A stretch of DNA of 64,000 nucleotides from contig JASTWF010000369.1 of assembly GCA_030390025.1 (NCBI GenBank), positions 372,001-436,000 on the forward strand, in the 5' to 3' direction. The notes beneath the pieces are model-generated. The model did no database searches. It had not been told where the DNA came from and saw nothing but the letters and a program-made list of their open reading frames with translations. This document shows positions 24,715 through 35,984 of this stretch, one piece after another. Both the position numbers and the translations under genes were made by a program. Each line of letters starts with the position of its first letter. Within the stretch, counting starts at the first letter, position 1. The stretch is from Squalus acanthias (Eukaryota).

Positions 24715-26915
24715 GAGCAGGAGAGAGAGAATGGAGGGAGAGCGAGAGAGCAGAGGGGAATGGGAGGGAGAGAGCAGAGGGTAGGGAAGTAACAGAGTGG
24801 AGAGGGGAGGGAGGGGAATGGGAGGGGGAGGGATGAGAGTGGAGGGTGGGAGAGAGTGGAGAGAGCGAGGGGAAATTGCAGATGGTGGAGGTGGAGAGTG
24901 GAGGGGAGGGAGAGACTCGAGGGGGAGAGTGGAAGGGAAGGGGAGAGTGAAAGGAGGGAGAGAGAGGAGGGGGGAGGAGGAGTGGAGAGAGGAGGGGAGA
25001 GTGGAGATGGGGGAGAGATTCGAGGGGGGAGAGTGGAAGGGAAGGGGAGAGTGAAGGGAGGGAGAGATAGGAGAGGAGGATTGAAGAGTAGAGAGATGGA
25101 GGGGAGAATGGAGTGGAGGAGAGAGCGGAGGGGAGGAAGAGAGTGGAGAGGGTAGGGGGAGAGTGGAGAGGTGGAGGGGAGAATGGAGTGGAGGAGAGAG
25201 TGGAGGGGAGGGAGAGAGTGGAGGAGAGGGAGAGAGTGGAGAGGAGGAGGGGAGATTAGAGAGGTGGAGGGGAGAATGGAGTGGAGGAGAGAGTGGAGGG
25301 GAGGGAGAGAGTGGAGAGGAGAGAGGGAGAGTAGGGAGGTGGAGGGGAGAATTGAGTGGAGGAGAGAGTGGAGGGGAGGAAGAGAGTGGAGAGGGGAGAG
25401 GGAGAGTAGAGAGATGGAGGGGAGAATGGAGTGGAGGAGAGAGTGGAGGGGAGAGGGAGAGTGTAGGGGAGGGAGAGAGTGGAACGGGAGAGGGGAGGGG
25501 GAGAGTAGAGAGGTGGAGGGGAGAATGGAGTGGAGGAGCGAGAGGAAGGGGAGGGAGAGATTGGAGAGGCAGAGTGGAGAGTGGAGGGGAGAATTGAGTG
25601 GAGGACAGAGTAGAGTGGAGGGAGAGAGTGGAGAGGGGAGAGGGAGATTGGAGAGGTGGAGGGGAGAATGGAGTGGAGGAGAGAGTGAAGGGGGGAGAGA
25701 GAAAGTAGGGGAGGGAGAGATTGGAGAGGGGAGGGGGAGAGTAAAGAGGTGGGGGGAGAATGGAGTGGGGGAGAGAGTGGAGGGGACAGAGAGAGTGGAA
25801 AGGTAGAGTGGGAGATTGGAGGGTAGGGAAGAGTGGAGAGGTGGAGTGGAAGAGTGGAGGGGAGGGGAGACGGGAGAGAGTGGAGAGGTGGAGTGGGAGA
25901 GTGGAGGGGAGCGGAGAGTGGAGAGGGGAAGCAGGAAGCGGAGAGATGGCGTGGGAGAGTGGGGGTTGTGAGAGTGGAGGGGGGAGGGAGAGATTTGGGA
26001 GGTGGAGTTGGAGAGTGGAGGGGAGCGGAGACTACAGAGGGGAGGGAGAGATTTGGGAGGTTGAGTTGGAGAGTGGAGGGGAGGGGAGAGGGGAGGGAAA
26101 TAGTGGATAGTGGATGGGAGAGTGGAGGCAACAGAGAGATTGGAGGGTGAGGAAAGAAAGTGCAGTGGGGGAGGGAGGAACGATGGGAGACTAGGGGGAG
26201 GAAGGGAGTTGAGAGGGAAAGAGAGAGTGGGGTGAGGGAGAGGGTGGAGGGAGAGGGTGGAGGGAGAGGGAATGGATGAGGATGGGACAGAGTTGAGGGA
26301 AAGGGAGTGGAGGGGAGGGAGAGAGTGGAGGGGAGGGGAGAGTGGAGGGGAGGGGGAGAGTGGAGGGGAGGGGGAGGGGTTGTGTGGAGGGAGGGGAAGG
26401 GAGTGAATGGAGTGAGGATGGGGAGAGCATTGAGAGGGAGGGAGAGAGTGTCGGGAGGGAGGGGGAGCAGAGGGGAGGGAGAGAGTGTCGGGAGGGAGGA
26501 GGAGCAGAGGGAGGGAGAGAGTGCCGGGGAGGGAGAGAGTGGAGTGGAGAGAGTGGGAGGGGAGGAAAAGAGTGGAGGTGAAGGAGAGAGTGGATGGGGT
26601 GGGGACAGATTGGAGGGGAGGGAGGGGAGGAGAGCGAGGTGTGTGTCAGAGGGGAGGGAAGAAAGGGCAGTGGGAGAGTGTGGAGGGGAGGGCAGGGAGA
26701 AAGAAGAGGGGAGGGGAATGGGAGTTGGCGGGAGAGGGCAGAGAGTGGAAAGGATGGAAGGAAGAGAATGGAGGGTAAGAGTGAAGGGGAGGGAGAGAGT
26801 GGAGGGAGCGGAGTGAGGGGGATAGATTAGAGAAGGTAGGGATAGGGAGTGAGGGGGAGAGAGTGGAGTGGGGAATGAGGGGATGGGGATGGGACAGGCA
26901 GAGACTGGATCGGAG
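24715..26915. repeat. 2.2-kb GA-rich polypurine tract (GAGAGTGGAGGG-like degenerate units)
   Basis: Almost purely G/A with periodic T and many GGG/GGGG runs. Confidence 0.95.
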
Positions 26916-29139
26916 GGAAAATTCCTTCATCTGGTACTATACAGCAGGCAGTGACCCAGTTATTGTAAGACATTTAAGGGCTCCAATAAATACCAAGGGG
27001 ATTGTTTTATGAATGCATCAGATTCCACACGGATATACACAGCTGGACTCCAGAAAAACATTAAAACAGCCGACAACATAATATCACCGCCGCTGATATT
27101 AAAGCAGGTTGCTGAGTCCCTTAGACCTTGATAACCTCTCCACTCAGGCTGCCTGACCTGGTGAGTACTTCCAGCAATTTCTGTTTCTGCTCAGAATTCC
27201 AACACCCACAGTATTTTGCCCTGGAATGTATCCCTGGTTTACTGAGCCTGTAACTGTTACAGACTCTCTCAGACCAGGGCCTGGAATGTAACCCTGGTTT
27301 ACGGAGTCCTGTAACTGTTACAGACTCTCTCAGACCAGGGCCTGGAATGTATCCCTGGTTTACTGAGTCCAGTAACTGTTACAGACTCCCTCAGACCAGG
27401 GCCTGGAATGTATCCCTGGTTTACTGAGTCCTGTAACTGTTACAGACTCCCTCAGAACAGGGCCTGGAATTTATCCCTGGTTTACTGAGTCCTGTAACTG
27501 TTACAGACTCCCTCAGACCAGGGCCTGGAATGTATCCCTGGTTTACTGAGCCTGTAACTGTTACAGACTCCCTCAGAACAGGGCCTGGAATTTATCCCTG
27601 GTTTACTGAGCCTGTAACTGTTACAGACTCCCTCAGAACAGGGCCTGGAATGTATCCCTGGTATACCGAGACAGGTAACTGTTACAGACTCCCTTAGACC
27701 AGGGCCTGGAATGTATCCCTGGTTCACTGGGTCCTGTAACTGTTACAGACACCCTCAGACGAGGGCCTGGAATAGATTCCTGGTTTATTGACCATTGTAA
27801 CTGTTACACACTCCCTCAGACAAGGGGCTGGAATATAATCCTGGTTTACTGACTCCTGTAACTGTTTGACAACATCAGAGCAGGACCTGGAATGTATCCC
27901 TGGTTTACGGAGTCCTGTAACTGTTACAGACTCCCTCAGACCAGGGCCTGGAATGTATCCCTGTTTTGCGGAGTCCTGTAACTGTTACAGACTCCCTCAG
28001 ACCAGGGCCTGGAATGTATCCCTGGTTTACTGAGTCCTGTAACTGTTACAGACTCCCTCAGAACAGGGCCTGGAATGTCTCCCTGTTTTACAGAGTCCTG
28101 TAACTGTTACAGACTCACTCAGACCAGGGCCTGGAATGTATCCCTGTTTTACTGAGTCCTGTAACTGTTACAGACTCCCTCAGACCAGGGCCTGGAATGT
28201 ATCCCTGGTTTACTGAGTCCTGTAACTGTTACAGACCCCCTCAGACCAGGGCCAGGAATGTATGCCTTGTTTACTGAGTCCTATAACTGTTACAGACTCC
28301 CTCAGACCAGGGCCTGGAATGTAACCCTGGTTTACTGAGTCCTGTAACTGTTACAGACTCCCTCAGAGCAGGGCCGGGAATGTGACCATGGTTTATGAGT
28401 CCTGTAACTTTTACACACACCCTCAGACCAGGGCCTGGAATGTATCCCTGGTTTCCCGAGACCTGTAACTGTTACAGACTCCCTCAGACCAGGGCCTGGA
28501 ATGTAACCCTGGTTTACTGAGCCCTGTAACTGTTACAGACTCCCTCGGACCAGGACCTGGAAGGTATCCCTGGTTTACTGAGTCCTGTAACTGTTACAGG
28601 CTCCCTCAGACCAGGGCCTGGAATGTATCCCTGGTTTACTGAGTCCTGTAACTGTTACAGACTCCCTCAGACCAGGGCCTGGAATGTAACCCTGGTTTAC
28701 GGAGTCCTGTAACTATTACAGACTCCCTCAGACCAGGGCCTGGAAGTTATCCCTGGTTTACTGAGTCCTGTAACTGTTACAGGCTCCCTCAGACCAGGGG
28801 CTGGAATGTAACCCTGGTTTCCGGAGTCCTGTAACTGTTACAGACTCCCTCAGACCAGGGCCAGGAATGTATCCCTGGTTTACGGAGTCCTGTAACTGTT
28901 ACAGACTCCCTCAGACCAGGAAGGTATCCCTGGTTTACTGAGTCCTGTAACTGTTAGACTCCATCAGACCAGGGCCTGGAATGTATCCCTGGATTAATGA
29001 GTCCTGTAACTGTTACAGACACTCTCAGACCAGGGCCTGGAATGTATCCCTGATTTATTGCATCCTGTAACTGTTACAGACTCCCTCATACCAGGGCCTG
29101 GAATGTATACTTGGTTTACTGAGTCCTGTAACTGTTACA

Positions 29140-29562
29140 TAAGAACATAAGAAATAGGAGCAGGTGGTGGCCATTTTGCCCTTCGCGCCTGCTCCACCAT
29201 TCAATAAGATCATGGTTGATCTTTTACCTCATCTCCATTTCCAGAACTATCCCCAGATCCCTTGATTTCCTTAATATCCAAAAATCTAGCGATCTCTGTC
29301 TAGAATATACTCAATGACTGAGCCTCCACAGCCCTCTGGTGTAGTAAATTCCAAAGATTAAACACCCTCTATGTGAAGAAATGTCTGCTCATCTCAGTCC
29401 TAAATGGCCGACCGCTTATTCTGAGACTGTGACCCCTGGTTCTGGTCTCCCCAGCCAGGGGAATCATCCTCCCTGCAACTACCCTGTCAAGCCATGTAAG
29501 AATTTTAAATGTTTCAATGAGGTCTGCTCTCATTCTTCTAAACTCTCGAGAATATAGGCCTA
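29140..29562 (-). mobile_element. CR1 3' fragment inserted in the 61-bp satellite
   Basis: ATAAGAACATAAGAAATAGGAGCAG tail, same family as 44360. GTTACA is present on both sides. Confidence 0.9.
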
Positions 29563-30087
29563 GTTACAGACTCCCTCAGACCAGGGCCTGGAATGAACGC
29601 CTGGTTTACTAAGTCCTGTAACTGTTACAGACTTCCTCAGACCAGGGCCTGGAATGTATATCTGGTTTACTAAGTCCTGTAACTGTTACAGACTCCCTCA
29701 GACCAGGGCCTGGAATGTATCCCTGGTTTACTGAGTCCTGTAACTTTTACAGACTCCCTCAGACCAGGGCCTGGAATGTATCCTTGGGATACTGAGTCCT
29801 ATAACTGGTACAGACTCCTTGATATCAGGGCCTGGAATGTACCCCAATTGTCCGTAAACCTGTAACTGTTACAGACTCCTTCACACCAGGGCCTGGAATG
29901 TATCCCTGGTTTACTGAGTCCTGTAACTATTACAGACTCCCTCAGACCAGGGCCTGGAATGTAACCCTGGTTTACTAAGTCCTGTAACTGTTACAGACTC
30001 CTTCACACCAGGGCCTGGAATGTATCCCTGATTTACTGAGTCCTGTAACTATTACAGACTCCCTCAGACCAGGGCCTGGAATGTATC

Positions 30088-30613
30088 AAAAGCAAAATGC
30101 TGCGGATGCTGGAAATCTGAAATAAAAACAGAAAATGCTGGAAATACTCAGCAGGTCAGGCAGCATCTGTGGAGAGAGAAACAGAGATAACGTTTCAGGT
30201 CGATGACCCTTCGTCAGAACTGAAAAAAGCTGGAGATGTAACAGATTTTAAGCAAGTGTTGGGGAAAGGTAAGGGGGGAGGGGAGGAAAGAACAAAAGGG
30301 AAGGTCTGTGATAGGATGGAAGGCAGGAGAGATTAAGAGACATTAGGAGAGATTAAGCGATGGTGCAAGGCAAAATGAGATGGTAATGGGACAAGTTAAG
30401 AGACAAAAGATGACTCTAGATGAAGTGTGAATGGCACTGGCAGAATGAAAGACAGCTGCCATGTGGGAGAGAGAGAAAAAAATGGAAAAAAAGGATAGGG
30501 TCAGAGGTTATGGTCTGAAATTGTTGAGCTCTATGTTGAGTCCAGGTGGCTGTAAGGGTTCTAATCGAACGATGAGGTGCTGTTCCTCGGGCTTACGTTG
30601 AGCTTCATTGGAA
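30088..30613 (-). mobile_element. Penelope-like element 3' fragment (GIY-YIG C-terminus + terminal repeat with hammerhead-like motif)
   Basis: The minus strand of ~30500-30610 translates NEAQRKPEEQHLIVRLEPLQPPGLNIELNNFR, the E..I..L.TL.P.GLN end of PLE GIY-YIG endonucleases. CTGGAATGTATC is present on both flanks. Confidence 0.85.
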
Positions 30614-30674
30614 CTGGAATGTATCCCTGGTTTACTGAGTCCTGTGCCTGTAACTGTTACACGGTCTTTGACTC

Positions 30675-31080
30675 ACCTTTCTCTGTCTTGTCCCCGTCTC
30701 TCATCCTCTTCTTTCTCTCTCGCTCCTTCTACCTGTCTCTTTCACTCGGTTCCTTCATCTTTCTCGCTCTCTGTGCCTCTCTCTCTTTCTCTTTGTCTCT
30801 TTCACTCCCCCTGTCTCTCTCTATCTCTGTTCTTGTCTCTCTCTTTCTCTCTGTTCTTCTCTCTCTCTCTCTCTGTCTATCTCTCTTTCCCCCTCTCTCT
30901 GTTTCTCTCTCTATCTTTCCCTCTCTCTCTATCTCACTTTCCCTCTCTGTCCCTGTCTTGATCTATGTCCCTGTTTCTCTTTCTCTTTCTCATACTCACT
31001 CTCACTCTCCCTCTCTGTCCCTGTCCCTCTCTCACACATTACTGCCCCTGTCTCTTTTTCTCTCTCTCTCTTTTCGTCTC
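30675..31080. repeat. CT-rich low-complexity tract
   Basis: Polypyrimidine tract. Confidence 0.9.
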
Positions 31081-32099
31081 TTCGATGTATTCTTGAATGA
31101 AAAGTACTCTGAAATATTTGAAAGTGACAGATATCGAATTACATTTCGTAGCATTGTTATACGTTCAACATTCAATTAGGTGGTGAAAATCTGACCGGTA
31201 AATCTAGTTTCTGAAGCTGAAAGATTTTAGCTTTTAGCGTTGTGCTGGGCCCTGAGATCAAATGTTGTTTCCATTCAGACAATGCAGCATTTTGGAACTC
31301 GCGGTTATCTTGGCAGGGACAGGAGATGGGCCTCACCATTCAGGCGCGGGGAGCGGGAACTACAAAACCCGCCCCACGTCCCCACCACCACCCAGCGGCC
31401 TAAAAGTGACCGTGACTCAATTTCCAGGCCCATGTTTTATACCAAACGGCTAAAACGAGGACCATTGCCGACTTCAGCGCCCCTGGTGCAGGCCAGCAGG
31501 CCGCATCATGAAGTTCTGCACCATCAGCCCATGATTCTTTGACCATGTATTTCAATGGTAGAAAAATACCCCGGACTGAGGGTGCAGAATTTCCTCATCT
31601 GCAGTTTGGCCGTGATTCAAGATTGGGAAATTCCTGTCATATTTCCCTGATGTAGTGAGCAATCGGGCTGATTAAGGCAAATAAACCCACCTTCCAACTA
31701 TCAGTCACCAGCCCCTGATTTAGCGGGGGACAGTGTGAGGATCGGCTGAGTACAGCATCAGTCTGGCTTGTGATGCCCCCAGGGTCGAATTGCCCATTGA
31801 CAAATTGCTGGATAGTTGACCAGAGCAGCGCAAGGGATGGTGGATAATTCCGTATTGTCTTTGAATCAAATCCAATTTCTGAAAATGCGAATGAAAGCGT
31901 GAAACTTTGTGCAAAGCGAAATTTAAACCATCATCATCAGAGGATTTGCCTTTTGTGATAACAGGGCCAGTGGACTCCCCCCAACTTGTGGCGAAATTAT
32001 TGTGATTTCTCCCGGACTCTCAGCAGAAACCATCGTCTTTTTACTCACTGAAGGGATTGTGTGTCAGAGAAATGTCATGAAGGGAATTCCCCTCGTTGT

Positions 32100-33850
32100 T
32101 AAAAACTCTTCAGCATCCAGCCTGACCCTTTCCCAGCTTTCAGGGAAATGACACATCTTGGCGGACGATTTCCCGAACAGCTCCAGGCTGTGAGCAGCAG
32201 GCGCCGATCAATTCCAACAGTCAGTGAGCTCGATCTTGACTTTGTGCGATAGTGTAAAACGGGCGATAGCCATTCGGCAGCCCCTTTTTCAGCTCTCCAG
32301 ATTTTCACTGCCATTGAACTCAATAGAAGGGGGAAACGGGTGAAAGATGGAAAACGGGCGGCCGACTCGCTCTCGCCCTCTTTACACCATCGCACAGAGT
32401 CAACATGAGCCCGAATGGAACCGCAAATGGTAGGAATCCGCTACAAACAGCAAATGTTGCGAATATGCAACAGGTCAGTGTGAAAGAGACAGAGAGGTTA
32501 ACTCTGGGAGCTCAATTTTCACCCGAACCTCCACGGATCGCCACAAAGCTTCATTCTAAAGCGAGTCGGAAAGTGTAAAAGAGGTTCCCGGGTCGCTGGA
32601 ACCCGTTTCCCCCTGTGATAAAAATGAACCTCTCCCTCTGTATTTTTAATGATTTGTCCTATTTATTGGGAGGTTTAAAATGTTTTCCAACTTTCCAGGA
32701 GGTAGAATGAAGCTTTTAAAATGCAGCTTCCCGCCGGCTGGAGTTACACTGAAACAGGTGTGAACCCGAACCTACTGAGCCGCTTTCCTGCAGGAGTCTC
32801 GCCGCTGGGCTCTGGGTCACTCAGGGGGTCAGGTCGGGACTGGGCTCGCAGTTATACTGACACTTCCGTACCCGCAAGCCGCTTAGCGGGAACACAGTCT
32901 CCGTCCCCCTACTGCTTATCAGAGCGAACATAGAAGCTGTCACAGTAACTGAGCGCTAATGTCAGGCTGTCCGGACAGTAATGGACATCATCTAATGCAA
33001 GCAAAGGGAGAAGCGAGCATGAGAAGCAGGATGGAGATTCCAATCCCGCTTCATCGCTTCACTTCCGCACACACTGTCTAGTTCTCCTGTGTGAAACACC
33101 TGATGTGACCGACAGGCCTGCCGGTTACAGTCTAAGATCAGAGTGTGAGCCTGGAGACATTCAATGAAGCAGCGGGAACCGGCTACTCACCAGACAGGGC
33201 CGCTTGTAGGCGGGAGAAACTCAGTAGCAGTGACAGAAACAATCCGTCCCTCCCGTCCGCCCGCCGTCTCTCCCAGTGACAGACCAAGACTGAGCGCCTT
33301 GAATGAATCCAAGCCCAGCTTCACTCACAAGTGGGCAGTGCGGGAGCTCACCGTCCAATCGCAGTAAAGATACATCGCTGATTGTTCAGGGCTGTCCCTG
33401 AACCGGGAGCAGCACCGAAACTGACTCACAGTCTAAGGCCTGCGCCATGTGGTCATGGACAACACACGGCAGGCGGTTAGAAATATGTTTAAAACAGCGT
33501 TCCGGGGGTTATGTTGTATAATTGATATCAAGAAATATATTGCCTGAATCTAGCGGGACACGCCCTCGTTGCCGCATAGAGTCGTCTTATAAACTATTCA
33601 GCTTATTGACCCTGAATACAGTGAAGCACTGAAGTACATATCACGGCAATTAAACCCTTTCTCACCCCGTGGGGCAATTTTAACCTAACCCGCCCGGCCG
33701 AACAACTAACGGGATCGGGGGCAACGCTGGTTTTATACCGCGCCCAATTTTACTCTCCATTGAAGTCAGTGGAGAGTTATATTGCGCGGGAGCGGGAAAA
33801 CAGCGTTCCACCCGTCCCGTGGGATCCCGCACAGCCACTTAGATAAAAAT
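32100..33850 (-). promoter_or_regulatory. CpG-rich promoter-like region around unit B leader
   Basis: Visibly CpG-enriched relative to flanks. Inverted CCAAT (Y-box-like GATTGG) at 33355-33360 and AP-1 TGACTCA next to GAAA near 33417-33428. Confidence 0.4.
33191..33242 (-). pseudogene. Orphan class I-type leader exon with TTG at the initiator position (unit B)
   Basis: TTG TTT CTG TCA CTG CTA CTG AGT ... CTG TCT G|gtgagt = (L)FLSLLLSFSRLQAALS. Same 52-nt length, phase and LLS-x4-Q-x4 spacing as the 14323 leader. No in-frame ATG back to an upstream TGA. Confidence 0.55.
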
Positions 33851-35369
33851 TGCACAAAACTGCGGCTGTCATTACAGCAGCGGTGTGCGGGCTAATGTTT
33901 CATTTTTTTTTCATTCCAGCTTACTTTGCACTTCAACTGACATTATTTAGTGCTTCTGAGCTGTGAAACCAAACTGTAAAATATAAAGTCAAAGTACTGT
34001 GTAAAAATATGGAGACTGAATTATTCTAGGAAAAACACCCAATGCTCCAACCATCTCAATTATACCACTTCCTAAATTACCCTAAATCTTCGTATGTAAC
34101 TATGAATTATGTGAAACCAAAGGTTTATGTCTGTCAGGAGAGAAGGCATGATTTACAGATAGAGGGAGATGAATGATGTCTGGGCGCCTTGGTCCAGTTT
34201 TCCCCAAGCCGCGAACCCAACTCACTGGAATAATACACTCCGTGCTAGATGTTCAATAGAAGGGAAATCAGGCGGGTTCTGCAAATGCTGTGGGAGCCTT
34301 TACATCTGATTTTACTCTGTGCTCCGCCAGGCGAGGCTTAATATCCAGGCGGTAAAGACGGAAATCTGCCCCTTGATTATCACCTTGTGTTCAATGTCAG
34401 GCAAGGTCAGCAGTGGCATCAGAAGCACTGATTTCCTGGTTGCATTTCCACGGTTTGGGAACAGAACTCTACCCTTGATGAGCGGTTAGTGAAAAAAGTT
34501 GAAACATTTTGTTGTGTATACGCACAATATTCCTTCAAGGTGGGCAATTGCAAAATGTTGCTTTGTTGGTATTTTCGTTCTCCAACAATGAGTAGATGTG
34601 TCCCTCTCCCCTGTGTTGAGGTTGTTAATGCATCAAAGGTTGCGACCTGGTGGGATGTGGGATTAGAATTAGCCTCCGTGTTACGGCCGGGCAGATCCCA
34701 GGTACACATTTCCGGTGGAAGATCCTTGTGCACCTATGTTGGATTGGTCTGTGCTGCGATGCACTGCCCCTCACAGTGGAATATCTTGCTTATTCTCATT
34801 CTATGGGCTCGTACCTGAAAAGTGATCTCATCAGAGAAATGGGAGAAGTAGCAGGCACCCGCAGAACTCTGTCTCAGCATCAGGTACTACCTCCCCCAGA
34901 GGAGGGCGAGGTCACAGAATGAGAGGGAAATTCAGAGAGAAAGTGTAAAAACCAAACCAGGGAATGACGTCTGATTACATTTCTCCCAGCAATTGTTAAG
35001 TCTTTTTAAACTAGACTGTCCCACTAATTTGTCTAACTTTCCCATGTTTCCACTTTCCCAAAGACTCTCAAAGTCCCATAGGTGAAATTGGCATTTTATC
35101 CATTTAATAGTCTGTACATTAAGACGTCAGCATTTTACAATATCATTTTTCAAATGAGAGCCCTAGGCTTTGTGACACATATTTGACCGTGAGCCCCGAG
35201 AATGATTCACGTCTGGAGGCTCTTCCTCTGGAAGTTTCACTTCCTCTGAAAGAATTAGCATTGCATTTGTAAAACTTCTTCAATTAAAGATTCTGTGTAA
35301 CTTCCAAGTTCCCTGAGAGCACAACAATCGTTTCATGATCAATATATTCTGTAAACTTGGAGAGAGTTC

Positions 35370-35812
35370 AACAATTTCAGATCATAACCTCGGCCCCTAT
35401 CACATATATATATTTTCTTTCTTTTTTCCACACTTTTTGTTTGGCCCTGTTTACTTCCCTCCCACATGGCAACTGTCCTTCATTCTGCCAGCACAATTCA
35501 CACTTCATCTGGAGCCATCCTTTGTTCCTTAACCTGTCCCATTACCACCTCCTCTTGCCTTGAATATCTCTTAATGTCTCTCAATGTCTCTTAATTTCTC
35601 CTGCATTCTATCCTATCACTGACCCTCCCTTTTGTTCTTTCATCCCCTCCCCCTTTTCTCATCCCCTAAACTTGCTTTCCATTTCCTGCTTTTTTCCAGT
35701 TCTGACGAAAGGTCTTGGACCTGAAACGTTAACTCTGTTTCTCTCTCCATGGTTGCTACCTGGTCTGTTGAGCTTTATTTCGGATTTCCAGCATCCGCAG
35801 TATTTTGCTATT
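35370..35812 (+). mobile_element. Penelope-like element 3' fragment with hammerhead-like motif
   Basis: Reverse-complement homologue of 30088-30520. Motif at 35698-35734. Confidence 0.8.
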
Positions 35813-35984
35813 TGTAACTGTCAACGTATTTCTTTATTTTTCTGTTATTGTATATTCGTACAGAAACTAATTTGATATCAGAGTGAATCCAATTACTTCT
35901 CCGATACCTAGTGCTCTGCCGTGACTCCGCCAAGCTTCTGCATCCGTATTATCTGAACCGATTACATGCAATTACATGTTAGAA

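Larger units (their letters stand above)
27220..30660. repeat. 61-bp tandem repeat, ~40 copies, interrupted by two retroelement insertions
   Basis: Unit CTGGAATGTATCCCTGGTTTACTGAGTCCTGTAACTGTTACAGACTCCCTCAGACCAGGGC. It shifts 1 nt per 60-nt row. Interrupted at 29140-29562 and 30088-30613. Confidence 0.97.

Noticed and set aside
24183..26930. Many Arg/Gly/Glu- or Ser/Leu/Pro-rich ORFs (also 30577-31179 and 50592-51091)
   Set aside because: Translations of GA/CT low-complexity DNA.
10905..30660. CRISPR-like arrays
   Set aside because: Units are contiguous with no unique spacers, there are no cas genes, and the context is vertebrate.
34419..34922. Possible terminal exon of pseudogene C (ttttcag acceptor near 34815)
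   Set aside because: The translation is unrecognisable and no intervening alpha2/alpha3/TM exons were found.
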